DNA from: Malacoraja senta | Lineage: Eukaryota | Assembly: GCA_038087875.1 (NCBI GenBank) | Contig: CM075989.1 | Coordinates: forward strand, 18,230,001-18,294,000 | DNA: 64,000 nucleotides | Direction: 5' to 3' | Part shown: positions 1-12,310 of the stretch, piece by piece | Layout: the number at the start of each line of letters is the position of its first letter | Position numbering within the stretch: position 1 is the stretch's first letter | Position numbers and translations under genes: made by a program | The notes under the pieces: generated by a model | What the model was told of the DNA's origin: nothing | Seen by the model: only the letters and a program-made list of their open reading frames with translations | Database searches by the model: none

Positions 1-230
1 CTTTGCCATCCACTCCCTCCACACGAGGGGCAAATTTACAGAGGACAAATAACCTGCAAACCTGCACGTCTTTGGGATGTGGGAGGAAGCCGGAGCACCC
101 GGAGGAAACCCACGTGGTCACAGGGAGAACGTGCAAAAATCCACAAAGACAGCACCCGAGGTCGGGATCGAACCAGGGTCTCTGGCGCTGTGAGGCAGTG
201 GCTCTACCCGCTGCGCCATCGTGCCGTGCC
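1..230 (-). mobile_element. HE1-like tRNA-derived V-SINE
   Basis: tRNA-like head with A/B boxes (TGGCGCAGCGG...GGTTCGATCCC) and conserved core. Confidence 0.85.
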
Positions 231-874
231 TTGATTCCGGTCTCACTGGATGGAGACAATGTTGGAACAAAGCAATGCCGACTCCAGGTACCACTGCAGC
301 AGGCAGCCTGCAGCTATGGCTGGTCAACTTGATTATAGAAGTCATCTGGCTGATAAATATCTAGGCACGCTGTCTGAAGGTGCTAAATCCGATTACTCTA
401 ATCCCCTTTAGTTTGAGGCAGTGTGATTTAAACAAAATTCCAATACAAAAGACAGAAACATAGCCCATAAACATTTCCGCGCGTTACTTTAGAGACCTCG
501 TGGATGCAAAGGAGTATCACCGAGTTACATTGGTGGAGCCTGTAGGGATCCAACCAACAACTGCAAACAAGGAAGAAGGCGTGGGAGCTGCATTTCATCC
601 CTAGTGATAAAAAGTCGTGAAGTTGCCTCCCAGAACGTGGACGATTTTCAACATCACCGAGTTGTCTCTGGTCTAAAGACTGAGCCATCCCAAATGTTGT
701 GGCAAATGCTGGTGATCGGATGCAAAAAAACATTTAGTCTTCACTGGAGTGGTGTTGCAAATGTGGTGGCCATCTTGCTCAGAGAGGCAAAGGTTTAACA
801 AGGGCAGTGCCCACCCCAGCTCAGCGGACAATTCCACCACTCCCAGGTTGGTATTGGAGGGTTAATGACCTACC

Positions 875-1146
875 TTTAGGAAGGAGATGGGTTGGAGTTT
901 CTTCAGTCAGAGGGCGGTGAATCGGTGGAATTTATTGCCACAGAAGGCTGTGGAGACAAAGTCATTGGATATTTTTAAAGTGGAGATTGCTAGGTTCTTG
1001 ATTAGTAATGGCGTCAGGGGTTATGGGGAGAAGGCAGGAGAATGGGGTTGAGAGGTAAAGATAGATCAGCCATGATGGAATGGTGGAGGGGACTCTATGG
1101 CCCGAATGGCCTAATTCTGCTCCTATGACTTATGAACTTATGAAGT
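875..1146 (+). mobile_element. CR1 3' fragment; representative of many similar pieces (e.g. 3184-3612, 5608-5820, 26055-26470, 26745-27142, 29320-29650, 32180-32495, 40722-40955, 44190-44740, 52510-52870, 61330-61845)
   Basis: FFSQRVVNLWNSLP-type coding end plus 3' UTR gggccgaatggcctaattctgctcct. Confidence 0.85.
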
Positions 1147-1428
1147 TTTGGGTCAACAACGATGTCCCTTTCCACACTATCCGGTGGTGAGGGCTACATT
1201 ATACTCTCTAATATAATCTGTGCTTGGTCTGCCCATATCTTCACGTTAAAGTCACACATATCTGTCACAAGATTGACGTAAGAACAAAAAGGCGCGACAG
1301 TTTCTTTAGACTGAGCCCAACATATTGAATAGGAAGGAACTGCAAATGCTAGTTTACACGGAAGATAGACACAAAATGCTGGAGCAACTCAGCGGGACAG
1401 GAAGCATCTCTCGAGAGAGAAGGAATGG

Positions 1429-1460
1429 GTGACGTTTCGGGTAGCGACCCTTCTTCAGAC
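1429..1460 (-). ncRNA. Minimal hammerhead ribozyme motif (Penelope type)
   Basis: Minus strand gt-CTGAAGA-a-GGGT cgct ACCC-GAA-ACGT-C-ac. Confidence 0.6.
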
Positions 1461-1558
1461 ATGTTGAGTTGTACGACGTTACTTGTGTGGGATTTCTTAA
1501 GTATCGCATCGTATTGCCGTGGGTACTTTGGAAGGTTCTATAAACATTGCAATAATAT

Positions 1559-1755
1559 ATATGTGAGGAAGGAACTGCAGATGCTGGTTTAAGCCAAAGA
1601 TAGACACAAAAAGCTGGAGTAACTCAGCGGGACAGGCAACATCTCTGGAGAGAAGGAATGGGTGACGTTTCGGGTCGACTTGCAACATCACCCATTCCTT
1701 CTCTCCAGAGATGCTGCCTGTCCCGCTGAGTTACTCCAGCTTTTTGTGTCTATCT
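1559..1755. mobile_element. Fold-back Penelope-derived element with 12-bp TSD
   Basis: Inverted halves atagacacaaaaagctggagtaactcagc...gctgagttactccagctttttgtgtctat; TTGCAATAATAT at 1547-1558 and 1756-1767. Confidence 0.8.
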
Positions 1756-1917
1756 TTGCAATAATATTTGTGCCCGACCCTCATGAAGCAGCTGATGTTC
1801 ATCAATCACTTACTAGATCCAATCCCCAGCCCTGACAAAGAGTTGATGTCATTGTTGGATCAGCAAACCATGAATGATGTTCCTGCACAATGCTTTTTTG
1901 TTTGGAAGGCCGGCAAC

Positions 1918-2022
1918 TTAACAGCTCAGTACTTCTCTGGCCTGGTTCAGCTGATTTTTCAATTTTGCAAGTCTTTCCCCAGTCTCTTGTGACGAGTTCC
2001 TAGTGATCTGATCCATTGCCTG
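1918..2022 (-). CDS. Candidate (alternative) terminal exon, QAMDQITRNSSQETGERLAKLKNQLNQAREVLSC*, coiled-coil-like
   Basis: Tandem NAGNAG acceptor tgtgttcag|CAG|GCA; phase 0; amphipathic helical peptide; TAA stop. The polypyrimidine tract is weak. Confidence 0.4.
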   Translation of the reverse strand, partial: QAMDQITRNSSQETGERLAKLKNQLNQAREVLSC

Positions 2023-2307
2023 CTGAACACAGATATTGCTTATGGAGATAGATGGGGTTTTTTTTCGAAAGAAAGGTAATATGTTTTCTACAGCGCAGTG
2101 GCTGAGGCTGGCAAGTAGCTCCAAGGGTTCTGATATTTATCTGGTTTCTTGCTCAAGTGAGCTTTCTTCCCAGAACGAGCATCTCATCGTTTATCTCACT
2201 CTGCGTGTCACAGCTAGAACTGCCTTCATCTGCATCCACGTACAGTCACGAGAAGGCAGACAGGCACAGGAGCTTTGGTCAATTATCTCAACATCCCTTT
2301 GGGAAGC

Positions 2308-2992
2308 TTACAACCCAGTGGTATGAATATTGACTTCTCCAACTTCAAGTAACCCTTCCCTCTCTCTCTCCATCCCTCCCCCTTCCCAATTCTCCGACCA
2401 GTCTGACTGTCCCCCTGATTACATTTTATCTCTGTATGCTTCGTGGTCACCTTCTCCTAGCTAACAATGATCCTTGATCTTCATCCCCTTTGATGTCTCA
2501 TTCTCACACCTTACCCTTCCGTATCTCTGTGTCTCGTTCTCCTCTGACTCTCAATCTACAGAAGGGTCTTGACCCGAAACGTCACCCATTGCTTCTATCA
2601 AGAGATGCTTGTTGCCTGATCAGCTGAGTTACTCCAACATTTTGTGTCTATCTTCGGTATGAATATTGGTTTTTCTAACCAAGTAATCCTGGCAGATCCC
2701 CTCTCTCTCCGTCCCTCCCTGACCCAACTAGGTTCAAAGTCATCTTATTAAGTCTCATTGTCTATAACTCATTTTCACCAAGCCCACAGTTAACAATGGC
2801 CTGTTTCCTTTTAACATCGTTGCTTTTTTGCATATCTTTCATTCATTTGTTCTATATCTCTCTATATCATCGTCTAGATCTCTCATTTCCCTTTCCCCCG
2901 ACTCTCAGTCTGAAGGTGGGTCCTTGACCCAAAATGTCACCTATTCCTTTTCTCCTGACCCGCTGAGTTACTCCAGCATTTAGTGTCTATCC
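2308..2992 (+). mobile_element. Two tandem Penelope 3'/pLTR-like units, each ending in a degenerate hammerhead motif
   Basis: ggtatgaatattg starts both units (~2319 and ~2656); motifs near 2557-2586 and 2908-2940. Confidence 0.7.
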
Positions 2993-3814
2993 CATTGTTT
3001 AATATTATTCCAGGCAAGGTCTATGTGGGATAGACACAAAGTGCTGGAGTAACTCAACGGGCCAGGCAGCATCTCAGGAGAACTGGTAGGTGACATTTCG
3101 GGTCGGGCGCGGCTGAAGGTCGCGGCAAGGTCGCGGCGAGCCGAGGTGGTACCCCGACATTGGCTGGAACCCTTCATCGCCACAGAGAATGATGCAAGGG
3201 TTGACATATGACGAGCGTTTGAAGGCACTGGGCCTGTACTCGCTGCGAAACCTACTGAATAGTGAAAGGCCTGGATAGAGCGGATGTGGAGAGGATGTTT
3301 CCACTAGTGGGGGAGGCTGGGACCAGAGACCACAGCCTCAGAATTGAAGGACGTACCTGTAGAAATTAGATGAGAAGGAATTTCTTTAGTCACAGGGTGT
3401 GGAATTCATTGCCACAGAGGGCTGTGGAGGCCAAGTCAGTGGATATTTTTAAGGCAGAGATAGACAAGTTCTTGATTAGTACGGGTGTCAAGGGGTATGG
3501 GGAGAAGGCAGGAATATGGGATTAGGAGGCAGAGATCAGCCATGATTGACTGGCGGAGTAGGCTCAATGGGCCGAATGGCCTAATTTGACTCCTATAACT
3601 TGTGAACTTGTGAGACAGATGCCATTGAGCCTGGCTCCTGCTCGCCCCCGAAGACTGAGAACTGGAGACAGAGTCGGTGACGGAGGGAGAAGCTGGACAA
3701 GGAACAGTTGGAAGAGGTGCGGGTGGGGTGGGGGGGGGGGGGGCGGTAGGATGGGGGGGGATGGGGGGGGGTTATCTTCAGCAGCTTCATGGTCAACTCC
3801 CCTTTGATTCTACC

Positions 3815-4002
3815 ACTTACCTTGCGCACTAGGGGCAGTTTACAGTGACCAATCAACCTCCTGGCTCGCACATCTGTGGGATGTGGGAGGAAACTGGAGC
3901 GCCTGGAGAAAACCCACGCGGTCACAGGGAGAACATGCAGACTCCACAGACTGCAGCCATGGACAGGATTGAACCTGGGTCTGTCACTATGAGGCAACTG
4001 CT
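3815..4002 (-). mobile_element. HE1-like SINE, partial and diverged
   Basis: Similarity to the other copies in the window. Confidence 0.75.
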
Positions 4003-4757
4003 CCAGTGCCCATTACCCTGGCGAGATAGCTCGCACACCCATTATTGCTGCTGATCCTCAGGTTCATGCTTTTCAATTTTTGTCTGTCAGTAACATAATC
4101 TGAATATCTTTGACCTATGTTGTAAATTACATTTTTGAAAGATTGTCTTTGTTTATTCCTGACTGTAGTAATCTTCCCTTTGTCATTATCAAAACAAAAG
4201 GTCACATCATCTTCTTAGTGATGTGAATGATTGAGGAATCAGCTAATGGTTTAATGATGGTTGCGAGATGCAACTGGACAGATCTGAACACTGAGCGACA
4301 AGCAGCTATGATCCTTGATATCTGATATCTTTGAGCTTGGATATACGTGGGAGCTTGAGCATTAAATAATCCCTCTATCCTCCCTAGGATAGATGCGAAA
4401 TGCTGGAGTAACTCAGCCGGACAGGCAGCATCTCTGGATAGAAAACGTCACCCATTCCTTCTCTCTAGAGATGATGCCTGACCCGCTGAGTTACTCCAGC
4501 TTTTTGTGCCCTTCTTCGCAACATTTGTGCCCGACCCTCATAAAGCAGCTGATCTTCATCAATCACTGCGATGTTCATCTTGGTTGTAAACCAGCTCCTT
4601 GCTTCGCATTCACCCAACCCTCCCGTCCATTTTTCCCAACATAATGAGATCTAAATGTGTTTTCAGTATTCCGCGGGTTAGACGGCTTTCCTCATTACAT
4701 CCTCTGTCAAACAGGATTTCAGTGTGGCACGTCCAACTGGGAGAGGAAGTAGGAGCA

Positions 4758-5602
4758 GGAACACAAAGTGCCGGAGGAACTCTGCATGTCAGGCAGCATC
4801 TGCGGAGGGAATTGACAGGCAACGTTTAGGGTTGGAGCCCTCTTCAGACTGAAGGAGTAGGGGGGGAGAAAGCTGGAAAAGAGAGGTGGGTTTAGAGCAA
4901 AGTCTAGGGCAAGTGATAGTTTAGTTTAGAGATACAGAGAGGAAACAGGCCCTTCGGCCCACCAAGTCGGCACCGACCAACGATCCCCGCACATTAACAC
5001 TAGGGACAATTTTTACATTCATACCAAGCTAATTAACCTACAAACCTGTACGTCTTAGGAGTGTGGGAGGAAACCGAAGATCTCAGAGAAAACCCACGCA
5101 GGTCCTGGGGAGAACGTAAAAACTCCGTACAGGCAGCACCCGTCGCCAGGATCGAACCCGGGACTCTGGCGCTGTAAGCTCTGTAAGGCAGCAACTCTAC
5201 TGCTGTGCCACCGTGCCGCCCGTAGAGGTGGATACAGTTGAGAGGAGGGATGGTTGTCAGATGGGTGGAGTAAGTGACGAAGGGTGGAGGTGGAAAGGAG
5301 ACCAAAGGGTGTCAGATAATGAGAGAAGAGGAATGAAATGTAAAGCCGGAGGGGGGATATGGGTGGAAGGGGAAAGGGCGGTGGGGGGGGGGGGAGAGTA
5401 AAGAGGTGATTAAAGGAAATCTGGGATGGGGATGGGCGATAAGCTTGTGGAGGAGGGGAAGGAGCGGGGTGACTGGGGTGGTTAAAGAAATGTGTTGATC
5501 AGGGTGGGGAGCAGGGAAGGAGAGGGAATTTGGGTGGGTTACTTAAAATTGAAGAGTTCAGTATTCTTAACATTGGTTTGTAAGCTACCCAAATGGAATG
5601 CA
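4758..5602 (-). mobile_element. Penelope-like 3' fragment (G-rich), interrupted by a SINE
   Basis: Shares the terminal block and the 3' ORF end with 2308-2992 in reverse complement. Confidence 0.65.
4917..5221 (-). mobile_element. HE1-like SINE nested in a Penelope fragment
   Basis: Full head, core and (ctaaa)n tail. Confidence 0.9.
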
Positions 5603-6592
5603 AGATTATTTAGTCAGAGGGTGTTGAATCTGGGGAATTCTTTGCCACAGAAAGCTGTGGCCAAGTCAATGGATATTTATAAGGTGGAGATTGATAAGTT
5701 CTTGATTAGTACGGGTGTCAGGGGTTATGGGGAGAAGGCAGGAGAATGGGGTTGAGAGGGGAAGATAGATCAGCCATGTTTGAATGGCGGAGTAGACTTG
5801 ATGGGTTGAATGGCCTAATTTAGAGACTAAACGAAGAAGGAGAGGGAGAGAGAGAGAGAGAGAGAGAGAAAGAGGTGGATCTAGAGAGATAGGGAGCAAG
5901 CGAGAGGCAAATCTCCTCACAACCACCCCCTATTCCTGTGACATGCCATTGAAATCCAGGTCTCCCCGATTTCTGTGCCACTGACGGGGGTTTCGAAGGA
6001 ACCCATTGCTTGCCACTGTTGATTTAACATGCAAGTGACGAAAAGATTGTTTCACACACGTTTCAGACCCCCTCACCACCGTAAATCACCCCGGGAAGAG
6101 AATTCCATCTGCAACACACCTCAGCAACATTAGAACTAAGTGCCAGTACTGTATAAACAGCAGTTCACAAATTACTTAAACCATAATAGATCCGTTTTCA
6201 GGGGGGAGAGAGCCCCATCCATCACAAAATCAATTACAGACAGGAACGCACAGAATTCATACATCAGCAGCACCGTGCAACTAATAACAGCTTTAGCAGC
6301 TCATTTTAATTCTGGCCATTGGCACAAAGAGCCCATGGTGATGTTTTGAAAATTTCAGTATAGATGCAATAAAATGTTTCAGTATTACCAGAGAAATCAG
6401 AATTTAGAGAGAATTAAATAAATTGTACATAACATCGTGAAATGTTTTGTATTTTGCTATTTCTCGTATCACTTTTATCTACAGCCAGGATTACCTGCAT
6501 TTCTAGCTTGCATCTGATCCCTTCACACATTCTCCAGAGTGTCGGTCACGGGGGTTACAGTGTGGAACTTTGTTTCCCACCATCGAGCGGGT

Positions 6593-7270
6593 CTCAACAA
6601 GGCAGCCCTTATCATTAAAGACCCACCCCACCCTGACAACGCTCTCATCCCGCAGCTGCCATCGGGAAGAAAGCACAGGAGCCTGAAAACCGTGACCGCC
6701 AGGACCAAAAACAGCTTCTTCCCAGCAACAACCAGCCACTTGAACACTGCAGAGCAGTAACCTCAGCAACGGCGATCTTGCCAAGGACTGTGTCTTTGGG
6801 GCGGCACGGTGGCGCAGCGGTAGAGTTGCTGCCCTACAGCGTCGGAGACCCGGGTTCGATCCTGACTATGGGTGCTGCCTGTGCGGAGTTCGCACGTTCT
6901 CCCCGCGACCTCCGTGGGTTTTCTCCGGGTGCTCCGGTTTCCTCCCACACTCCAAAAAGACGTACAGGTTTGTAGGTTAATTGGCTTTGGTAAAATTATA
7001 AACTGTCCCTAGAATGGAGGATAGTGCTAGTGTACGGAGTGAGCACCGGTCAGCGTGGACTCAGTGGGCCGAACGGTCCATTTCCGCGCTGTATCTCTAA
7101 AGTCTGAAGTCTAAAGGTTGCACTAAGGATTTTGTTGTTTGTACTATTATGGTTATTAAGGTTATTAACATTGATAATTGATTATTATCTGTGTGCTATT
7201 GTGTTTACTGGCCTGTTAAGCTGCAACAAGGAAGAATTTCATTGTTGGTACATTTGACAATCAAACACTC
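6593..7270 (+). mobile_element. Rex1/Babar 3' fragment interrupted by a SINE
   Basis: IIKDPPHP...LPSGRKHRSLKT..RTKNSFFP. Confidence 0.75.
6797..7115 (+). mobile_element. HE1-like SINE nested in a Rex1/Babar fragment
   Basis: ggggcggcacggtggcgcagcgg head; CR1-like 3' tail. Confidence 0.9.
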
Positions 7271-7401
7271 GTGCCACTTTACATATGAAATCGATGACAA
7301 ACTTCAAAGGTCATAGCCAGAGTTCCTCCTCCTCCAAACCCTGCCCTTCACAACTCTCCAACACAAATCCCTTCGCAAAGGAACTGCGATTTTTTTCATT
7401 C

Positions 7402-7485
7402 CTACACCCCATCAATTGTTCGGGTCTCCTCACGAGACACCAGCAGTTGTTGTCTGGAATATTTGGGCGTCGCAGACACTGCCAT
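7402..7485 (-). CDS. Candidate terminal coding exon, MAVSATPKYSRQQLLVSREETRTIDGV*
   Basis: Strong acceptor ctgcctctttcacttgtgattttcctgaacag|ATG; phase-0 frame closes at TAG 7402-7404; lies in unique sequence. Confidence 0.45.
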   Translation of the reverse strand: MAVSATPKYSRQQLLVSREETRTIDGV

Positions 7486-8721
7486 CTGTTCAGGAAAATC
7501 ACAAGTGAAAGAGGCAGGCAACCTGCCGCCATTTTTAAGAGTAGGGTTGTTGTACATAGCTTGCTGTAAACGCTTTCAAATTAGTAATTAAAACCAGGCA
7601 CAGAGAAACAAACTGTCAAGAACAACGAATGGCACTACAAGGGTGATTCCACACCAATGAGGTTATAACTTCATACATTTAAAAGTTCTAGGAGCAGAAT
7701 TAGGCCATTCGGCCCATCAAGCCTAATCCGCCATTCAATCATGGCTGATCTATCTTTCCCTCTCGACCCCATTCTCCTGCCGTCTTCCCGTAACCCTTGA
7801 CACCGTCACTAATCAAGAATCTGTCAATCTCTTTCAAAATCGCGGCATTTCATTTGTTTGATCATTTCATTTGTTTAATCATAGAGTGGTACAGCACAGA
7901 AACAGGCCCTCAGTCCAACATCCATGCTGACCAAAATGCCCCATCTAAGCTAGCCCCATTTGCTGTCACCTGGCCATTAAGCCTCTAAGCCTTTCCTATC
8001 CATGCACCTGTCCAAATGCCTTTTCAATACAGTTTAGTTTTAGTTTTAGAGATACAGAGTGGAAACAGGCCCACTGATCAACGATCACCAGTACCCTAGT
8101 TCTATCTTATCCCAGTTTCACATCCAACCCACCAGGAGTCCTTTACAGAAACCAAATTAACCTACAAACCTTTGGGAATGTGGGAGGAAACCCACGCGGT
8201 CACAGGGACAACGTGCAAACTCTGTACAGACAGCACGCGTACTCAGGATCAAATCCAGGTCTCTGGCACTGTTAGGCAGCAACACTACTGTGCCACCCAT
8301 GTTGGTATTCTACCTGCCTCAACTACTTCCTCTATGAAAGACATGGTGAGGTACAGGGTGAGTACACTGTCGTGACTTTTTACATCTGCCACAATAGAGG
8401 AAATAGTTCCTAAAATGTAGAAAAATAATGTCATATATTTGTTCACATAAATAATCATATTTATGTATAGAATCTGGATATTGAGGCAAATACCATTTTT
8501 AATGTCACCTTCCCAAAGAGCATAAAAAGCCGTGGCTTCAGATACAAACTACATTGGCCTAAACCTGTTAAGGCATTACTTTTCACGTTTGTTCTTTCAA
8601 CAATCACCACAGAGGATCTGACATGGACATAGAAACATAGAAACATAGAAACATAGAAAATAGGTGCAGGAGTAGGCCATTCGGCCCTTCGAACCTGCAC
8701 CGCCATTCAATGTGATCATGG

Positions 8722-9308
8722 ACAACACACTCTGCCGCACTGGTGAGTAAGGCAAGGCAGCACCTTTACCACCTCAGGCAGCTGAGGAAATTCAGAGTCT
8801 CTCTGAGGATCCTTCAATCCTTCTACTCTGGTGCTGTAGAAAGTATCCTGACCGGAAATATCTCAATCTGGTTTGGCAACTGCTCTGCCCAGGACAAGAA
8901 GGCTCTGCAGAGAGTAGTGCGTTCGGCCAAACGCACCATGGGAACTACACTCACCCCCCTGCAGGACCTATACACCAGGAGATGCAGATCCAGAGCCAGC
9001 AAGATCATGAAGGACCCCTACCACCCCAACAACGGACTGTTCCAGCTGCTACGGTCAAGCAAGCGCCTCTGCTGTCACGCTGTGAAAACAGAGAGGATGA
9101 GACGGAGTTTCTTCCCACAGGCCATCAGGACTGTAAACTCCGATCTCACCAGGGGCGTAATTACTGTTGTGTCTTTATTTAAAATGTAAATACCGGTCCT
9201 GTTCTGTTCCGTTGTTCTGTTGTGTTGCACAATCCCGCAGGCATTGCCACCTTCATTTCACTGTACATCTTGTATGTGTATGTGACAAATAAAGTTGACT
9301 TGACTTGT
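8722..9308 (+). mobile_element. Rex1/Babar LINE 3' fragment
   Basis: KARQHLYHLRQLRKF...FYSGAVESILT...LQRVVRSA...SFFPQAIR; AATAAA plus (cttga)n tail. Confidence 0.9.
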
Positions 9309-10421
9309 TTTAGATACAAGAAACTGCAGATGCTGGAATCTTGAGCGGGTTTGGCAGCATCTGTGGAGAGCCAGACAACGTTTCAAGTCAGGACCCTTCT
9401 TTAGCCTCCTTGTTTTCAGGTTGTCGCTATAACGCTTGACCAATGAAAATGTAAAGAAACTTTCACAATCCCGATTTGTGTCGTTTCTTAAACCGAGAGA
9501 CTGGGAACGGACGTGCTGGTGGGTGGATGGGGGCAGTGGGTCCTAGTGAAATTAGATCATCAAAAATGCAAAAAATGAAGATGTGGGAACTGAAGAAATT
9601 GGAGCAGAGGTTCCACTATCAAACTGCAGAATGCCCATCATTAGTGAATTTACACAAAAAGCCATCCGGAGTAGACATGATGGGCCGAATGGCCTAATAC
9701 TACTCCTATCACTTATGATTCCCTGTGCAGTGAAGGTGGCAGATTGGACTGAAAGAGGTGAAAGTACCGCCTTTACAATGGATACTGAGTTAATTATAAA
9801 CAAGTCATAGAGTGTTACAGTGTGGAAACAGGCCCTTTGGCCCAACTTACCCTCACTGACCAACATGCCCCATCTACACTAGTCCCACCTGCCTGCATTT
9901 GGCCCATACCCTTCTAAACCTGAGCTATTCATGTACCTGTTCCATACACCCACCACCTTTTTGTGTGAAAACGTTATCCCTCAAGATTCCTATAAATCCT
10001 TTCCCCCTTCACCTTAAAAGTGATGCGAATTACAAATATTAAGGCTGCTATTTATTTAAAATTAAAATAATAGTCTTGAAAACAGAAATGCTTGAATGAC
10101 TCAGGTCAGGCAGCATTGGGTGGGGGGATGGGGGGGGGGGGGAATAGAAACTCACTTCCACAGAAATATCTGTTGTTAGAAATGTCTGGTTCCATGCAAA
10201 ATTCCACCGTTTGGATTCTCAATTGATCAGCGGGGTATTTGAATTATTCAGTGTTTTTCTGATCACTGCTTCTACAATCTTGCATTCAAGATATATGTTA
10301 ATGCCATGCTTTATCACATTCATCCTCTTGACCCATCCACACAACAGCAGTGATTTACTCCATCTCAAAACCATCATGGTCCATTATTTCATTTCACGCG
10401 TCACCAACTTGTGTTTTGTTT

Positions 10422-10866
10422 TAAAGATGGACACAAAATGCTGGAGTAACTCAACGGGGGCAGGCAGCATCTCTGGAGAGAAGGAATGGGTAAGGTTTCA
10501 GGTCGAGACTGAGCTGCGGGGGGGGGTTGGGGGGAGGGAGTCTAGAGATAAGGAAGGGTAAGGTGTGAAAACAACAGATCAAAGCAGAAGTGAAACAAAG
10601 CTGGAGTAACTCAGCGGGACAGGCAGCATCTCTGGAGAGAAGGGATGGGTGACGTTTTGGGTCGAGACCCTTCTTCAGACGATCAAAGCAGATGATGATA
10701 AGGCAATGTAGAATGGCTGATTGTTAGCTGATGGGAAGGTGAGAACGCCACATACAATCAGTAATATTTAATCAGGAGGACAGTAGAACTAGTTGGAGAA
10801 CTGGGATGGGGGAGGGATGGAGAGAGAGGGAAAACAATGGTTACTTAAAGTGAGAGAAATCTATAT
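10422..10866 (-). mobile_element. Penelope-like fragments with hammerhead motif at 10649-10680
   Basis: gtgacgttttgggtcgagacccttcttcagac. Confidence 0.7.
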
Positions 10867-11569
10867 TTTCTCCCACATTTCTTCCAGATCTCAAAGGTTT
10901 CAAACTTCGACAGCCCATGAATTCCAAACGCACTCCCTTGGCCGTTTCACTGTCCTTTGACCCCCGCACCCCGTCCCTTGTCCCACCCTGCACCATGTTC
11001 TCACTCCCCCTCCTGATCTCCCCCTCTCTGACTCTGAACAATCAGTCCGCAGTAGAAGCTCCAGCTTCATCGGCCTGCTTCCTATCTGAACATACCCTGA
11101 GTGTGATTGCATGTTTCAGCTCTTCTGCGGTTCCACCGTATCTTTGGTTGGGTGACCTCGCCCTAGACTTCCACGTGGAGGATTCGACTTGGCCACCCGT
11201 CCAACCTCTTGCCCTATCTCCATCGTTAACCGTTGACATGACGTGAACCTTCCCAGGATTCCCATCACCTTTTCTCCAACCGACCCCATTCTGAATTTGC
11301 AGCCCACCCGCTTACAAAGGACCCACCTCAACATGGTGACACAAGATACTGCCGATGCTGGAATCTTGGGCATAAGATTCCCCTCCCCTGTCCTTATTCT
11401 GAATGGGAGAACCAAAGTGCTGGAGTAACTCGGCGGCTCAGGCGGCATCTCTGGAGAGAAAGGATGGGTGACGTTTTGGATCTAGACCCTTCTTCTACTC
11501 ATTCTGAAGGGACCGTCCCCCCACTGTAACTTTCTGACCCACTCTCCCATCGTAACTAACCGCTCACAA

Positions 11570-12310
11570 CACTTACCATGCTGCCATTGGAGGTGCAACA
11601 CCTGACCTTTCATCTCCTCACCATTGACAGAAGCAAAGATATCTGACGGGTCAGGTCGCAATTGTTTGCAAGGTCTTCAATCTCGGGTCCACCCTTCATG
11701 GTTCAGGTTGTGATCCCTCCTACGCTGGAGGAACCGAGCACAGAATGGGTGCCTGCTCCCCACAACATCTCCATCCATTCACCTGCAGGACAACCCTTGG
11801 CCCTCAGTCTCCTGTTGATTTGATCCACTATCTCATTCCCACTCTGGCATCTGTGTCTTTGGCTTCCTATGTTACTCTAACTATGTCTAACATGGGCTTG
11901 GCTATCAGCACCTAACCTTCCATCTGTGTACCTCACAGCTACAGGAGTTAATGCTGAATTTAACAAGTTGTGAAGACCCCCTTCCTTTCTCCCTCCACAA
12001 ATCCTTCCGCTGCAATTTGTTTCATTTGTCTTTTCTTTCTCCAACTGTTGTGGGTTGTTACAGTGGCAACTTTGATCTGCATCCTGGCACAAACATTCTC
12101 TCTGTTCTCTCCTCTTCCCCTCTCTACCCTCCCCTCCCCCCAATTCCACTCTCTGTAGTTTAATACACCCTTGCCTACTCAATTTTCCAGTTCAGATGTA
12201 GGCTCTTCAATCCGAACGTCTACCTGCTTGCTCGCCTTATCTGCGTACCTGCTGAGTGCTTGTGGCATTTTTTGCCTTCCTCTTGCATTTCCAGCTGTAC
12301 CTGTAGCTTT
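11570..12310 (+). pseudogene. Old degenerate Penelope GIY-YIG endonuclease region plus 3' end
   Basis: Remnant resembling C..C.LLYIGETK.RLGD.F.EHL near 11700-11775; decayed terminal block near 12190-12310. Confidence 0.5.

Noticed and set aside
6797..6870. tRNA gene
   Set aside because: It is the tRNA-derived head of a SINE and continues into the SINE core and tail.
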